From an uncultured Chloroflexia bacterium (GTDB taxonomy: Bacteria > Chloroflexota > UBA6077 > JACCZL01), in the NCBI GenBank assembly GCA_963765765.1, contig CAVXYC010000001.1, forward strand, positions 224,001-288,000: a stretch of DNA of 64,000 nucleotides. The letters are read 5' to 3'. Positions 33,303 to 43,963 of the stretch are shown here, one piece after another; position 1 is the first letter of the stretch; each line of letters begins with the position of its first letter. Made by a program: the position numbers and the translations under genes. A model generated the notes under the pieces. The model was not told the origin of the DNA. It did not search any database and worked only from the letters and a program-made list of their open reading frames with translations.

Positions 33303-34709
33303 GTGCTTTTTCACAGCCTTCAGTACGCGGCGTTCCTGCCGATCACCTGGCTACTGTTTCGTCTGACTCCCTCACGCTGGCGGGTGGAGCTGCTTCTGGC
33401 GGCAAGTTACACCTTCTATGCGTTCTGGAGCGTGCCCTATGCGGCGCTCATGTTCCTGTTGGCAGTTGCCAACTACCTCTTCGGCCTGGCCATCGTCCGA
33501 GCATCGCGCCACAAGCGCCTTATCCTCTGGACGTGCATCGCCACGGACATTTGCGTCCTGGGAGCATTCAAGTATCTCAACTTTTTTCTAGACAGCGGCT
33601 CCTTTGCTCTTCAATCGCTGTTTGGACTGTCCTGGGATCCACCGCTGCTCCAGATCCTGCTCCCACTCGGGATATCCTTCTTTACGTTTGAGTTTATCCA
33701 CTACCTGGTCGATACATATCGCGGCCATGTGCCCGCGCACAGCTTCTCTAAGTTCCACGTCTTTGTCGCCTTCTTCCCAACCCAGATCGCCGGGCCAATC
33801 AAGCGGTTTCAACAGTTCGTGCCCGGCCTGGCCACGCTCGATCGATTTGACGCTGAGCTGGCGAAAGACGGCCTACGGCTCATTGCCCTTGGTCTGGGGA
33901 AGAAGATTCTGCTGGCTGACAAGCTCGGTCCCATCGCGGACGCCGGGTTCACGGCGGCCGCACATGGGGATATCGGCACCTGGGAGGCCTGGGCTGCCGC
34001 GCTTGCCTTTGCTCTGCAGATCTACTTCGATTTCTCCGGCTACACCGATATCGCCCGTGGGTCAGCCCAACTGTTTGGATTCCACATTCCGATCAATTTC
34101 AACGCACCATACCTGGCCACCAGCGTCTCGGATTTCTGGCGGCGCTGGCACATCTCGCTGTCAAGCTGGCTGCGCGATTACGTCTTCGTTCCGCTCGGTG
34201 GCTCGAAGCGCGGCCTTCCGAGGACCCTTGGCAACCTGTTGGCGACGATGATTCTCGGCGGATTGTGGCATGGCGCAGGTTGGCACTTTGTGGTCTGGGG
34301 CCTGTATTGGGGTGTGGCACTGGGCCTCCATCGCCTGATGCAGCGATGGCTGAATCTCCCTCAATCCATAGGAATCACGGCCTTCGGTTGGCTAGTGACT
34401 CAAGTGATCGTGATGACTGGCTGGGTTCTCTTCCGTTCGGAAGATCTTCCGCACGCGGGCCGAATGTTGCAGGCGATGCTGATGCCAACCTCCGCGCGTG
34501 ACGAGATTAGCGCTGGCGCGGCGCTGTACGTCCTGGCAGTCGCCGGGCTCATGCTGATAGCAACGGTCATCTCGCGCCGAAAGCTGTGGCCCTCGCTTGC
34601 CCCCTCTTTGCGTCCCGCCTTCGTTGGTGCCGGCATCGCTCTAGCAATCGCTTACGCCGTCGTAGCAGAGCCCATTGCGAATCAGCGATTCATCTACTTC
34701 CAGTTCTGA
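33303..34709 (+). CDS. MBOAT family O-acyltransferase (AlgI/DltB-like)
   Basis: GTG start (MLFHS); LPLGISFFTF, FFPTQIAGPI, QIYFDFSGYTDIA, DFWRRWHISLSSWLRDY, GLWHGA, C-terminal FIYFQF. Confidence 0.95.
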   Translation: MLFHSLQYAAFLPITWLLFRLTPSRWRVELLLAASYTFYAFWSVPYAALMFLLAVANYLFGLAIVRASRHKRLILWTCIATDICVLGAFKYLNFFLDSGSFALQSLFGLSWDPPLLQILLPLGISFFTFEFIHYLVDTYRGHVPAHSFSKFHVFVAFFPTQIAGPIKRFQQFVPGLATLDRFDAELAKDGLRLIALGLGKKILLADKLGPIADAGFTAAAHGDIGTWEAWAAALAFALQIYFDFSGYTDIARGSAQLFGFHIPINFNAPYLATSVSDFWRRWHISLSSWLRDYVFVPLGGSKRGLPRTLGNLLATMILGGLWHGAGWHFVVWGLYWGVALGLHRLMQRWLNLPQSIGITAFGWLVTQVIVMTGWVLFRSEDLPHAGRMLQAMLMPTSARDEISAGAALYVLAVAGLMLIATVISRRKLWPSLAPSLRPAFVGAGIALAIAYAVVAEPIANQRFIYFQF

Positions 34710-35024
34710 GAGGGCTAAACCACCTCAATTCTTCGGCTGGAGTGGGCACTAGACCGACTACCGCAACAAAGGCTTCCCGACCGACATGGCCTTGAAGCGT
34801 TCCGGAATTCTTCGCGGGAATGGCTCCGCGGAGTCTTTGGACAGTGAGGGCCGCACGGACCAGGCTTCGCGCACTAGATGTCCTGGAACACGACCCTTCG
34901 GCGTCACCCATGACGAGCGTCTATCTGACATAGTCGGCGCATCGTTCCAGGGTTCCGTGGTGGCATTCCGCCTGATGGTGCCGTCGCGGCTCTGCTGGAC
35001 TTCGGTTGAGCACTCGGCGTAGGG

Positions 35025-35170
35025 GGCCGTTCCGGCGCCAGAGCCTCACGGTAAACGCGGTCCGCGGTCGCGACGTCCTCGATCGCCAGGCCAACCGACT
35101 TGAACACCGTGCTCTCGTTGGGGCGCGTGGGGTTTTCATCCACCCGATTACCCTGGGTGTAGCCGACCTT
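35025..35170 (-). pseudogene. Ornithine cyclodeaminase/mu-crystallin C-terminal remnant
   Basis: TVFKSVGLAIEDVATADRVY is the family's C-terminal motif; the rest of the gene is absent. Confidence 0.7.
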
Positions 35171-35367
35171 CAAGGTATTGGCGACCAGTGATCAGCTATG
35201 CGAATCGTGCGCGATGTGACCGATGAAGAGCCGAAAGATGCTCGGCCCTTTGATGACGAGGTGAAACTGACCCACTGCCCTGGCTCGGATTCTTTGACAG
35301 CACCAACTCGCGGGTCTAGGCTTTTCACATCCAAAATGATCCAGGAACTGGCTAGTGGGGGCGCTCC

Positions 35368-37053
35368 ATGACAGATTACGATCTTCTGATTCGCGGCGGA
35401 CTGCTCGTCGATGGCTCCGGGATGCCTGGCTTGCGGGCGGACGTGGGCGTGAGTGGCGGGCGAATCGTCGAGCTCGGTCGGCTCAAGGGATCGGCCGCGC
35501 GGACCATTGATGCCACGGGCCTGGTGGTGGCGCCGGGCTTCGTGGATCACCACACCCACCTCGATGCCCAGCTCTTCTGGGATCCATACGGCACCTCCGA
35601 GCCGCAGCATGGCGTGACATCCGTGGTGATGGGCAACTGCGCGCTCGCGCTGGCCCCAGCCGAGCCGGCCGATTACGACGCCCTGATCGGAAGCTTCGTG
35701 CGGGTGGAGGCGATGCCCCGACGTGCCCTCGAAGCGGGCATTGCCTGGAATTGGAAGACCTACGGCGAGTACCTGGATGCATTCGAAGGCAAGCTCGGCA
35801 TCAATGCCGGCGGCCTGGTGGGTCACATCCCAATCCGACAGCGTGTGATGGGCGAGGAGTCGGTGGAGCGCGAGGCCACCGAGGACGAGATCAAACAAAT
35901 GCAGGCGCAGGTGGCCGAGTCACTCCGGGGCGGCGCGCTGGGCATCTCGACGAATCGAAATCGTCGCCATATGCGCGACGATGGCAAGCCCATTGCCAGC
36001 CGTCTGGCCACCGACGAAGAGTTCTTTGCCCTGTGCGACGTGCTGGGAGACTTGAACGCCGGCGCCATCCAGACCGCCCTCGGCGTCCACACCATGGAGC
36101 ATGTCCGCTGGTACGACAAGCTCGCGCGACGATCGGGTCGGCCGGTGGTGTGGCAGAGCGTCCGTCATCGCTGGAACGAGCCCACGCTGTGGCAGCAGCA
36201 GCTCGATGGCGTGGCGCAGACGTTCCGAGACGGCTATCAGGCCTACGGCATCACCAACGCGGACCCGCTGTTCACGCAGTTCTCCATGAAGAACGCGCAG
36301 ATCTTCGATGAGTTCCCGACATGGAAGAACCTGGGCTTCCTGCCTGACGCCGTTCGACGACAGGCCATGGCCGATCCAGAAACGCGAGCCAAGATGCGCG
36401 CCGAGCTGGAAGAAGAGAAGCCAACGACGTTCCACCGACGCTGGGAGCACGTGTACATCGCCTCGGTCGGCGATCCACGACATGCCGATGTGGTGGGCAA
36501 AAGCGTTAAAGAGCTTGGCGCCTTGCGTGGCCAGCACCCAACCGACGCGTTCCTGGACCTCTCACTCGAGGACGACCTGGAGACAATCTTCGCCACCGAC
36601 CCCGTGGGCGGCGATCTGGACTCGACGGCGGAGATTCTCCGCAGCCCTTATGTGCTGGTCGGCCAGTCTGATGCTGGCGCGCACATCGAGTTCAGCGCGC
36701 ACTTCGGATACAGCACCACGCTGCTCGGAATGTGGGTGCGGGATCGACAGATTCTCAGCCTGGAGCAGGCGATCCACAAGCTTACCTTCCAGGTGGCCTC
36801 CGTCTACGGTCTGAAGGACCGCGGCCTGGCGAGGCCTGGCTACGCGGCCGACCTCACCATCTTCGACCCGGAGACCGTGAACGCCTGTGAGCCCGAGTGG
36901 GCGGATGACTTTCCGGGCGAGACGCGCCGACTGATCCAGCGCTCCGAGGGCGTTCACTACACCATCGTGAACGGTCAGGTGATCTACGAAGACGGCCAGA
37001 TCACGGGTGCTCTGCCAGGGCAGGTGCTACGAGGGTCGGCGTATAGCAAGTGA
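35368..37053 (+). CDS. N-acyl-D-amino-acid deacylase family amidohydrolase
   Basis: YDLLIRGGLLVDGSG, APGFVDHHTHLD, GVTSVVMGNC, SDAGAH, GYAADLTIFDP, TIVNG. Confidence 0.93.
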   Translation: MTDYDLLIRGGLLVDGSGMPGLRADVGVSGGRIVELGRLKGSAARTIDATGLVVAPGFVDHHTHLDAQLFWDPYGTSEPQHGVTSVVMGNCALALAPAEPADYDALIGSFVRVEAMPRRALEAGIAWNWKTYGEYLDAFEGKLGINAGGLVGHIPIRQRVMGEESVEREATEDEIKQMQAQVAESLRGGALGISTNRNRRHMRDDGKPIASRLATDEEFFALCDVLGDLNAGAIQTALGVHTMEHVRWYDKLARRSGRPVVWQSVRHRWNEPTLWQQQLDGVAQTFRDGYQAYGITNADPLFTQFSMKNAQIFDEFPTWKNLGFLPDAVRRQAMADPETRAKMRAELEEEKPTTFHRRWEHVYIASVGDPRHADVVGKSVKELGALRGQHPTDAFLDLSLEDDLETIFATDPVGGDLDSTAEILRSPYVLVGQSDAGAHIEFSAHFGYSTTLLGMWVRDRQILSLEQAIHKLTFQVASVYGLKDRGLARPGYAADLTIFDPETVNACEPEWADDFPGETRRLIQRSEGVHYTIVNGQVIYEDGQITGALPGQVLRGSAYSK

Positions 37054-37140
37054 GCTCAGAGTGAAAAGTCTAGAGCTAAGAATTGAAGTTAGGGAATCCA
37101 AGACCTGAGTTTCCAATGAATACTTCGGTATTTCCGGCTC

Positions 37141-37169
37141 TTGACAGAATCGGCCTCGATTAACATAAT
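37141..37169 (+). promoter_or_regulatory. Near-consensus sigma70 promoter
   Basis: TTGACA-17 bp-CATAAT. Confidence 0.7.
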
Positions 37170-37242
37170 CGGCAGTGTCATAACCCGGCAGTGACGCCGG
37201 GCAACGTGGGCGCGACGGGGCGCACTCTCCAAGGAGACCACT

Positions 37243-37497
37243 ATGGCTAGCGCGCCGTCCGCCGAAACTGTTTACTTTGTCCCTCGCCGGGACATCCTTG
37301 CTGGAAGCTATCCACTCGCCGAGCCCGTACTGCTGGTCGACGCAGATCTTGCCGATCAATACGTCGGAGTGCGCGAGCTCGTGGTGGCCGAGACCCGGCC
37401 CAACCGGATCAGGCGCCGCGTCCGGCGGACGCACTGCCCGTCTTCGCGATCGACTGGCATGAAGCGGCCAACTATGAGGGTGTTCGAGTGGCGGTGA
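37243..37497 (+). CDS. Small hypothetical protein (84 aa, Arg-rich C-terminus)
   Basis: AAGGAG SD, strong promoter upstream and hairpin downstream. Confidence 0.6.
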   Translation: MASAPSAETVYFVPRRDILAGSYPLAEPVLLVDADLADQYVGVRELVVAETRPNRIRRRVRRTHCPSSRSTGMKRPTMRVFEWR

Positions 37498-37627
37498 TCG
37501 CACAGGATGTCCGCACCTTGATCCTGTCCGAGCCTGCCAGAGTTCTGGTCACCGCGTAGCGCTTTCCGAAGCGATCCATGAGCGTCGATTGACGCGACCA
37601 ACGGACTTAGAATGAGCCAACGGTCGC

Positions 37628-37660
37628 CTGATCGTGCCCTGGCGGGCACGATCAGATCTT
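37628..37660 (+). terminator. 12-bp hairpin, possible terminator
   Basis: CTGATCGTGCCC-TGGC-GGGCACGATCAG followed by ATCTT. Confidence 0.45.
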
Positions 37661-38235
37661 AGTAAGGGCGCTGTCCCAACGCCGTGAACATGAATTTCAT
37701 GCACACGGTATCCATTCGGCCGAGCGGTTCGTCGTCGAGTGTCATCTGAGTCGCGGCTTGCGATGGGAAGTCCGGCCGTTCTTGTCGCCCTGGTCCACCG
37801 CGGGAGCCGAATACGGATGGGATGACCGTTCCCGAGTGACGCCGCCGTGCGGGGGCGATTAGCCCGCGTTTTGCGGGCCCATTATCGATTCATGCTCCCT
37901 TCAGTATCGCTGTGTAAATCTACCAGTGTTTCAGGAGCGGAGAATGCTGTGCGAGTGTGCGCGCACTCTCATTCGTTAGTGATATCGAGAGCGGAGCTGG
38001 TTCCTCGCTCCACCGCCTGAATCGTTCCCATGCGAGGCATAGTCGGCGAAAGGACCAACGACAGCGAGCACACAGGTAAAAGAACCCAAGCTCAGCAACC
38101 CGATCGCTGGAGCTCAGTAAGTTTCGCGCGATCAAGACCAGCTGTCGATCCTGGTCGAAACAGCTCTGCATCCGTCGAACGGCGACGGTAAGCCCATCCC
38201 CCAGTGGATGAATCTCCTCACGGGGAGATTTCGAT

Positions 38236-39780
38236 ATGGAGTGCCACATGCACAATGTCCCCACGCCGCCAAATCCCCGATTACGTCATCTTCGGGTACC
38301 GGGCGCGCTGCTCGCGGCCGTTACACTTTCGGTCGGGCTTGCGAATCCAACATACGCTCAGACCCCTTCCTCGTCGCCAACCCCGACGTCTGCGTCAACG
38401 ACCCTCGGGACAGGAGCCGGTACAGCCGGCACTCCGAGAGACCTGACTGCAACCGCGGGCGCGGAAACTCCCGTTGGACCTCCGCTCGCCCAAGCGACAA
38501 CGAGCGCCATGCCAAGATCAGGGGTCTCGCCGCTCCGTACCTGGGAGTTTGCTGAAGGCAACAGTCGGCGTGATTTCCAGACCTTCTTTTCCATTCTCAA
38601 CACGACCGACTCGCCGGCCAGTGTCACCGCCTCCTATCAGCGTGATGACAACATTCGGCTCACTCAGTGGTTGGGCGTTCCCGCGCGTGGCCGCATCAGC
38701 TTGAACGCCAACGAAGTAGTGGGTGCAAAGGCCTTTGGCGCATCGTTCTCCTCAGACCAGGATGTGGTTGTGGAGCGCTCCACGACCTGGGGACCAAACC
38801 AGAATGGTGCGACCACCGTGGGGTTTGCGCCGAACGGCCCGCGCCGCTGGTACTTTGCCGAGGGCACGACGCGAGGGCAGGTGAGCACCTATTTCGTGAC
38901 CCGAAATCTCAGTGACACTCAAGCAACAATCAAGGCGGTCTTTACACGCGATAACGGCAGCCGTGAGCAACGCTGGTTCCAGCTCGATCCGCGTGCCCGA
39001 GAGGCGTTTCGGATGAACGATCTGCTGCAGGACACGAGCTTCTCCGCCAGCTTCGAATCGGATCAGGATGTCATCGTAGAGCGCACCATCATGAGTGAAG
39101 GACCGGTGGGCGTGATGGGTGGTCTTGGATACTCACCAAGCTCCGTGGATGCTGGCTCCAAGGTTTGGAGCTTTGCCGAGGGCAGCACGCGATCCCCGTA
39201 TCTGACAGATTTCCTCCTGTTCAACCCCAGCACGGAGGCCGTGGAGGCTTCGTTCCGATTCGCTATGGATGGCCAGGTGAAGGAGCATCGATTGTGGTTG
39301 GCGCCACAGTCGCGCACCGCGTTCGAGCCCAAGAATGTACTCCCAGCGTCAGTCGATTTTGCGACGACCATTACCACCAATCGGCCGATCATCGTGGAGC
39401 GATCGTATTACTCCACCGGGGACGGGCTCTACGGTGCCCTCGGTTTCGCGGACACGAGGTTGGGACGCGGATCCACCGATTGGTACTTCGCGGACGGAAA
39501 CACCACTGGGAAAATTGAAACCTTCTTTCTGCTCTACAACTTGACCGACGAAACGACGCAGGTGCGAGTCAGCTATTTCGGCGACAACGGGCCCAATGGT
39601 GAGCAGACGCTAAGCGTTCCGGCACGAGGACGGATCAGCGTCCGCGCCAACGACTTAGTACCAGACCGCACCTTTGCCGCCCGGTTCAAGGCAGACAAAG
39701 ATCTCGTGGTTGAGCGCACGTTTTACTTTCCTGGCTGGAGCGGCTTTACGACCGTGGGCTCAGGAGCGGCCGGCCTCTAA
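38236..39780 (+). CDS. Secreted surface protein with four WxFA(E/D)G beta-sandwich repeats (DUF5719-like)
   Basis: Signal peptide ending TYA-Q; Ser/Thr/Pro linker; repeats WEFAEG, WYFAEG, WSFAEG, WYFADG, each ending (V/I)VER. Confidence 0.8.
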   Translation: MECHMHNVPTPPNPRLRHLRVPGALLAAVTLSVGLANPTYAQTPSSSPTPTSASTTLGTGAGTAGTPRDLTATAGAETPVGPPLAQATTSAMPRSGVSPLRTWEFAEGNSRRDFQTFFSILNTTDSPASVTASYQRDDNIRLTQWLGVPARGRISLNANEVVGAKAFGASFSSDQDVVVERSTTWGPNQNGATTVGFAPNGPRRWYFAEGTTRGQVSTYFVTRNLSDTQATIKAVFTRDNGSREQRWFQLDPRAREAFRMNDLLQDTSFSASFESDQDVIVERTIMSEGPVGVMGGLGYSPSSVDAGSKVWSFAEGSTRSPYLTDFLLFNPSTEAVEASFRFAMDGQVKEHRLWLAPQSRTAFEPKNVLPASVDFATTITTNRPIIVERSYYSTGDGLYGALGFADTRLGRGSTDWYFADGNTTGKIETFFLLYNLTDETTQVRVSYFGDNGPNGEQTLSVPARGRISVRANDLVPDRTFAARFKADKDLVVERTFYFPGWSGFTTVGSGAAGL

Positions 39781-39797
39781 CTTCTGGCCGGCCGAAC

Positions 39798-39825
39798 GGG
39801 CCTCCGCCATTCCAGGCGGAGGCCC
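39798..39825 (+). terminator. 11-bp GC hairpin after the surface protein gene
   Basis: GGGCCTCCGCC-ATTCCA-GGCGGAGGCCC; no T tract. Confidence 0.4.
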
Positions 39826-39948
39826 AAGCGAAGCGTCATGGAGCGCGACGCACGGAGAAACGACCTCCATATTGGTCGATGACTCGAAATCCCCGAATTT
39901 GACGCCTTGATAGTCGTCGATTCACGTACAGGGCCGCTCGCCCGACGA

Positions 39949-40165
39949 ACGGCGCTGTCGATTGTTGACAGTGAGAATTGGCTCCTCGGGATCATCACCG
40001 CTGATGATGCCGCCGCGGTGCTTCTCGAATAAGCAGGCGAGGATCTCGAGCGCATGGGCGGCTCTGAGTTGTTGGTGGTCTCCGCGCCGCTCATCACAAC
40101 ACTGGTAGACGGGACAGGCCTGATTATTTATTTCACGATTGCCCGTCTGTTCCTGCAACTTGATC
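39949..40165 (+). pseudogene. mgtE: MgtE magnesium transporter remnant (in-frame stop and large internal deletion)
   Basis: IVDSENWLLGIITADDA..E*AGEDLERMGG (CBS2/linker) joined directly to the C-terminal VVSAPLITTLVDGTGLIIYF. Confidence 0.75.
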
Positions 40166-40227
40166 AGCAGGGCACACACTTTCGTCCGAGCTCTGTTCCG
40201 ACGGTTCAGTTGAGCCTGTTGAGATGC

Positions 40228-41718
40228 TCAGCTCGGCTTCGCGCGAACCAGACGGTAGCTTGGTGAGTTCTTGCTGTTAGAGCCGTGGTCATCCACGAAG
40301 TTCAGGGCGAGGCGCTGACCAAGCTCGTGAGCGGTTGCGCGCTGAAGGATGAGCAGATGTCCCGAGGCCGCCGCGGAGTATGCATCGTCGGCGCTTGAAG
40401 CAACGGGTATGCCGGACACAGGTAGCAGCCAGGCAAAGGTGCTGCCGGCCAAGTCGCCGGCTGGCATCTTCACCTCTCGAAGGCGTGGATCCAGCCACAC
40501 TGCTTCGCCGGACAGGTGCTCATCGCGGATTCGATTCAAGGTGCGCAAGTAGAGCTGATTACTGGCGCCATCCTCAGTGGACTCCTCGTAAAACCGATCC
40601 AGGCGCGACATTGAGCTGAGCGCAAGACCAGCGCTTATCAGCGCAATCATCACGGCCACAAGCGGTTGTATCCGCTGCCGATCGAATACGTTCAAGATCT
40701 TAGCGGCGAGACAGCCGATGCCGACGAACACCACGGGAACCAGTGGCATCAGGTAACGCCCATCGAGAATAGGCCGGTACTTGCCGTTGAGAATTGGCGG
40801 AAGCAGCACCGCGGCAATGAGTCCGGCCAGTAGGATCCAACCCAGACGCCTGGGAGTCACCAGGAGTCCCAACAGTCCAAGCGCTGGGTACACCAGCAGT
40901 CGAACATCAGTCAGGAACCCGCCGGGCGTCTCATGCTTTTCTTGCAGCTCTCCCGCTGAGAGCCGGACGAGCGATGACGCGAGCTGTTCCAGGTTGTTCA
41001 GGTACACGCCTCGTTCCGCGCTATCGTCCGGATCGGGATCGGCATCGAGGTATCGCGCTTTTTTGCCATCGATGTCGTCCACCACGGCGAAGCGGGTTTG
41101 GAGATGATGAACGAGTAACGGTGCGTAGCCGATCACCATGCACGCCAGAAAGAGCGCCGGCAGGAGGGGCCGCTGCCAGAGCCGCATGAATAACACGGTT
41201 GCCAGACCGGCTCCCATGAGCAGGGGAAAGGCCGTGGGATGCGTCTGAAGCGTGACGCCAACGAGTAGGCCGGCGATTAGAAGTGAACGAGGCTCATGTC
41301 GCTTGCAAGCACGAACCATAAGCCACAGGCTACATGTCGCCAGCAGCGGCGTGACTGAGTGCACCCACGGAACGTGGCTGCTTATAACAGTGTGCGCTGG
41401 CGAGGTAGCCACCAGCAGCCCGGCGATTCCGCCGGCAGTAGTGCTACCGAGCTCTTTCCCGAGCAAATACGCCGGCACGATTGCCAGCGCGCCCAAAAAC
41501 CAGGGGACAAGCATTGTGGCTTCGAAGCTTGGCCCGAAGATTCGAAAGACTGCACCGAGCACATACAGGAAGGGCGCCCCGAGATAAGGAGCCTGATCCG
41601 CGAGGGGCCATGCTTGACCCTGGGAGATGCTTATGGCCGCGAGAACGGATTCTCTGACGGAGGGAAGCGGCGGTGACGTAAAGAGGTGTGACCAACGAAC
41701 GATGAGCCCGATGAACAC
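40228..41718 (-). CDS. GT-C fold glycosyltransferase (ArnT/PMT_2, GT39/83-like); start uncertain
   Basis: Multi-TM protein; PYLGAPFLY, YLLGKEL..AGLLVATSP, LQTHPT, GRYLMPLVP. Confidence 0.8.
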   Translation of the reverse strand: MFIGLIVRWSHLFTSPPLPSVRESVLAAISISQGQAWPLADQAPYLGAPFLYVLGAVFRIFGPSFEATMLVPWFLGALAIVPAYLLGKELGSTTAGGIAGLLVATSPAHTVISSHVPWVHSVTPLLATCSLWLMVRACKRHEPRSLLIAGLLVGVTLQTHPTAFPLLMGAGLATVLFMRLWQRPLLPALFLACMVIGYAPLLVHHLQTRFAVVDDIDGKKARYLDADPDPDDSAERGVYLNNLEQLASSLVRLSAGELQEKHETPGGFLTDVRLLVYPALGLLGLLVTPRRLGWILLAGLIAAVLLPPILNGKYRPILDGRYLMPLVPVVFVGIGCLAAKILNVFDRQRIQPLVAVMIALISAGLALSSMSRLDRFYEESTEDGASNQLYLRTLNRIRDEHLSGEAVWLDPRLREVKMPAGDLAGSTFAWLLPVSGIPVASSADDAYSAAASGHLLILQRATAHELGQRLALNFVDDHGSNSKNSPSYRLVRAKPS

Positions 41719-42116
41719 GAGGCTGCTGACTAGCAGTATCCGGGCGGTCGTTCCGGCGAGCGGCTGGGCCGAGGCGCGAACTATCAGCGAGCGACGGAAG
41801 GGAAGGGTGGCAGCGATAGGGAAAACCAGACTAGAAGAATGTCACTGCCGCCTGGCCCGTAGAGCAGGGCCTAGACAACGGCGCGTGGGGGCTGACCCTA
41901 ATTAATCACAACGAAGCAGCACGTGGGTTGGTAGCACCATCACATTTGAACTACGTCGATTTCAATCGAAACAGCATGAGAGTTATGATGACGTCCTCCC
42001 AACCGGAAGGACCGAACCCGTACTGCTGCCTCTCGGCCGGCCGGCTGTTCCAGGGTTACGAGTGTACACGGCCTGCTACGCCTTGTGACAATCAGTCGCA
42101 TCGCGATTTCCCGAAC

Positions 42117-43607
42117 ATGATCCCTACCTCTCTTCCAGCAATCCACCCGGTGAGCTCCACCGTCCGTCCAGGCGAATTGAAGCGTCAAGACGCGCTGATG
42201 CTCTGCGTGATATTTGCCGTGGCAACTACGCTTCGGTTCGTCTTTTTTCAGCACGCGCCGGTGTTCTTCGAAGGCGATGCCCGCGGCTACCTGGTGAGGG
42301 CTGTGGAGATCAGCACCGGTGAGGGCTTCCAGTTTAGTCTCAAGCGCACGCCCGGCTACCCGATGCTGCTGGCGGCGGTATTCAGTGTCGTGGGCCCAAG
42401 CCTCGAAGCGATTGTCATCGTGCAACATGCGCTAGGTATCGCCACCGCGCTCCTTATTTACGCCTGCGCCCGCCAGGTTGCCGGCCGAGCGGCGGGTCTC
42501 CTGGCAGGTCTTGCCACCGCTCTGAGCGGCTCGATGCTCATCTACGAGCACGTGATTCTGACCGAATCACTCTTTACGTTCCTGCTCGTGGCGTCGCTCT
42601 GGCTGGTGTTATTGGGTGCTTCGCATCGGTCCTGGCGCAAGCTTGGGATGGCCGGCGGCGTGGCCAGTCTGACGGCCATGATTCGTCCCGTTGGCCTTTG
42701 CCTGGCGCTTGTCGTGCCGTTGATCTTGCTCTGGCTGGTGCCGCGCCGTGATGGCCTGAAAGGGGGAGCCGCGTTTCTCGTGGCATTCGGGCTTGTCATG
42801 GCGCCGTGGGTTCTGCGCAATGCCCTGGTTCACGGTGAAGCCGAGGTGGTTCACCCCGGCCGATTCCTGATCGATCGAACGATCCGACACAATGCCACCG
42901 GAGTCTCGATGTACTCCGTACCCGACCGTCCGGATGATAGTCGCCGCATTCGGACAGGACGAGCGGTCCTCCGAGCCATCGAGCCAGAAGAGCCGTCGTC
43001 CTTCGAGGTGCACGCGGCACTAATGCGGCGCATGCAGTTGACGGACGCACAGGCCAGCGACCTTCTTCGCGACCTGGCCATTGACGCCATCCAGCGATCG
43101 CCAATGGTCTACCTCCAGGGCACATGGATGGAGCTGGGCGTGCTGGTGAATGGCGCACCCGAGTCCGTTGCGAAGCATGTTGCGGATCGTCGGTCGTCCT
43201 GGAAAGGCACCGATCTGGTGAGCTTAATCGCCACTGGAACAATTCCTGAGCTGATCCCGCCGACCTGGGATCCCGAGCCGCATCTCGCGACCGCTGAGGC
43301 GGCCGCCAACGTGTATCAGCCTGCGCGCTGGAACGTTGTGCTGCTTATCCTGGCCGCATGCGCTGCTTTCTGGGGCGTTCGAGACTCGAGCCGCCGTGCG
43401 GTTCTGTTTCCGCTGGGGATCGTTGCGGCCATGTCGGTCTGCACCGTGCTCATCAACGGCGCGCTCCCGCGCTATCGCTACCCTATGGATCCGTTGCTGC
43501 ACGTCGCCGCGGCATCCAGCCTCGTTTGGATAGGGTCTTCGATACGTGTTCGTCTCTGGCGGTCAGGATATCTTGGTCAGAGGAAAATGACGCACCAAAC
43601 GCCTTAG
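42117..43607 (+). CDS. GT-C fold glycosyltransferase (GT39/PMT_2-like)
   Basis: GDARGY, RTPGYPMLLA, ILTESLFTFLL, IRPVG, PWVLRN, PRYRYPMDP; multi-TM. Confidence 0.82.
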   Translation: MIPTSLPAIHPVSSTVRPGELKRQDALMLCVIFAVATTLRFVFFQHAPVFFEGDARGYLVRAVEISTGEGFQFSLKRTPGYPMLLAAVFSVVGPSLEAIVIVQHALGIATALLIYACARQVAGRAAGLLAGLATALSGSMLIYEHVILTESLFTFLLVASLWLVLLGASHRSWRKLGMAGGVASLTAMIRPVGLCLALVVPLILLWLVPRRDGLKGGAAFLVAFGLVMAPWVLRNALVHGEAEVVHPGRFLIDRTIRHNATGVSMYSVPDRPDDSRRIRTGRAVLRAIEPEEPSSFEVHAALMRRMQLTDAQASDLLRDLAIDAIQRSPMVYLQGTWMELGVLVNGAPESVAKHVADRRSSWKGTDLVSLIATGTIPELIPPTWDPEPHLATAEAAANVYQPARWNVVLLILAACAAFWGVRDSSRRAVLFPLGIVAAMSVCTVLINGALPRYRYPMDPLLHVAAASSLVWIGSSIRVRLWRSGYLGQRKMTHQTP

Positions 43608-43806
43608 CCCCTACCACTTCGTTGGCGCTGAGACTAATGCGCCCGCGCGGCGGAACACCGCGCCACTGCGTCAGGCGAATGTGATCACGCTGGTACGAGG
43701 GGATCACGCCGTCCGGCGAATCGGTCATATTTAGAATCGAGAAGAAGACCCAGGAGTCACGCCGGCTGTTCCCTTCAGCGAGCTCCCATGTGCGACGCGG
43801 CGAGAC
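43570..43806 (-). pseudogene. Truncated paralog of the first repeat of the 38236 surface protein
   Basis: Reverse strand reads SPRRTWELAEGNSRRD..FFSILN..RGRISLSANEVVGAKAFGASFSSDQD, matching 38524-38764. Confidence 0.85.
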
Positions 43807-43963
43807 GCCGGCGCTTCACGTGAGGCTCGTCACGATGTCTGCGTTTTGATCTACGCCACCCGGTCTCTCGACGGGCCTCGTCTCGGGTGGCGTTGAGCCG
43901 CTCGTATCTGATTGCGGGCGTCAGATGCCTGAACGCGATTCGAGCTGATGAGCCGATACTTGT

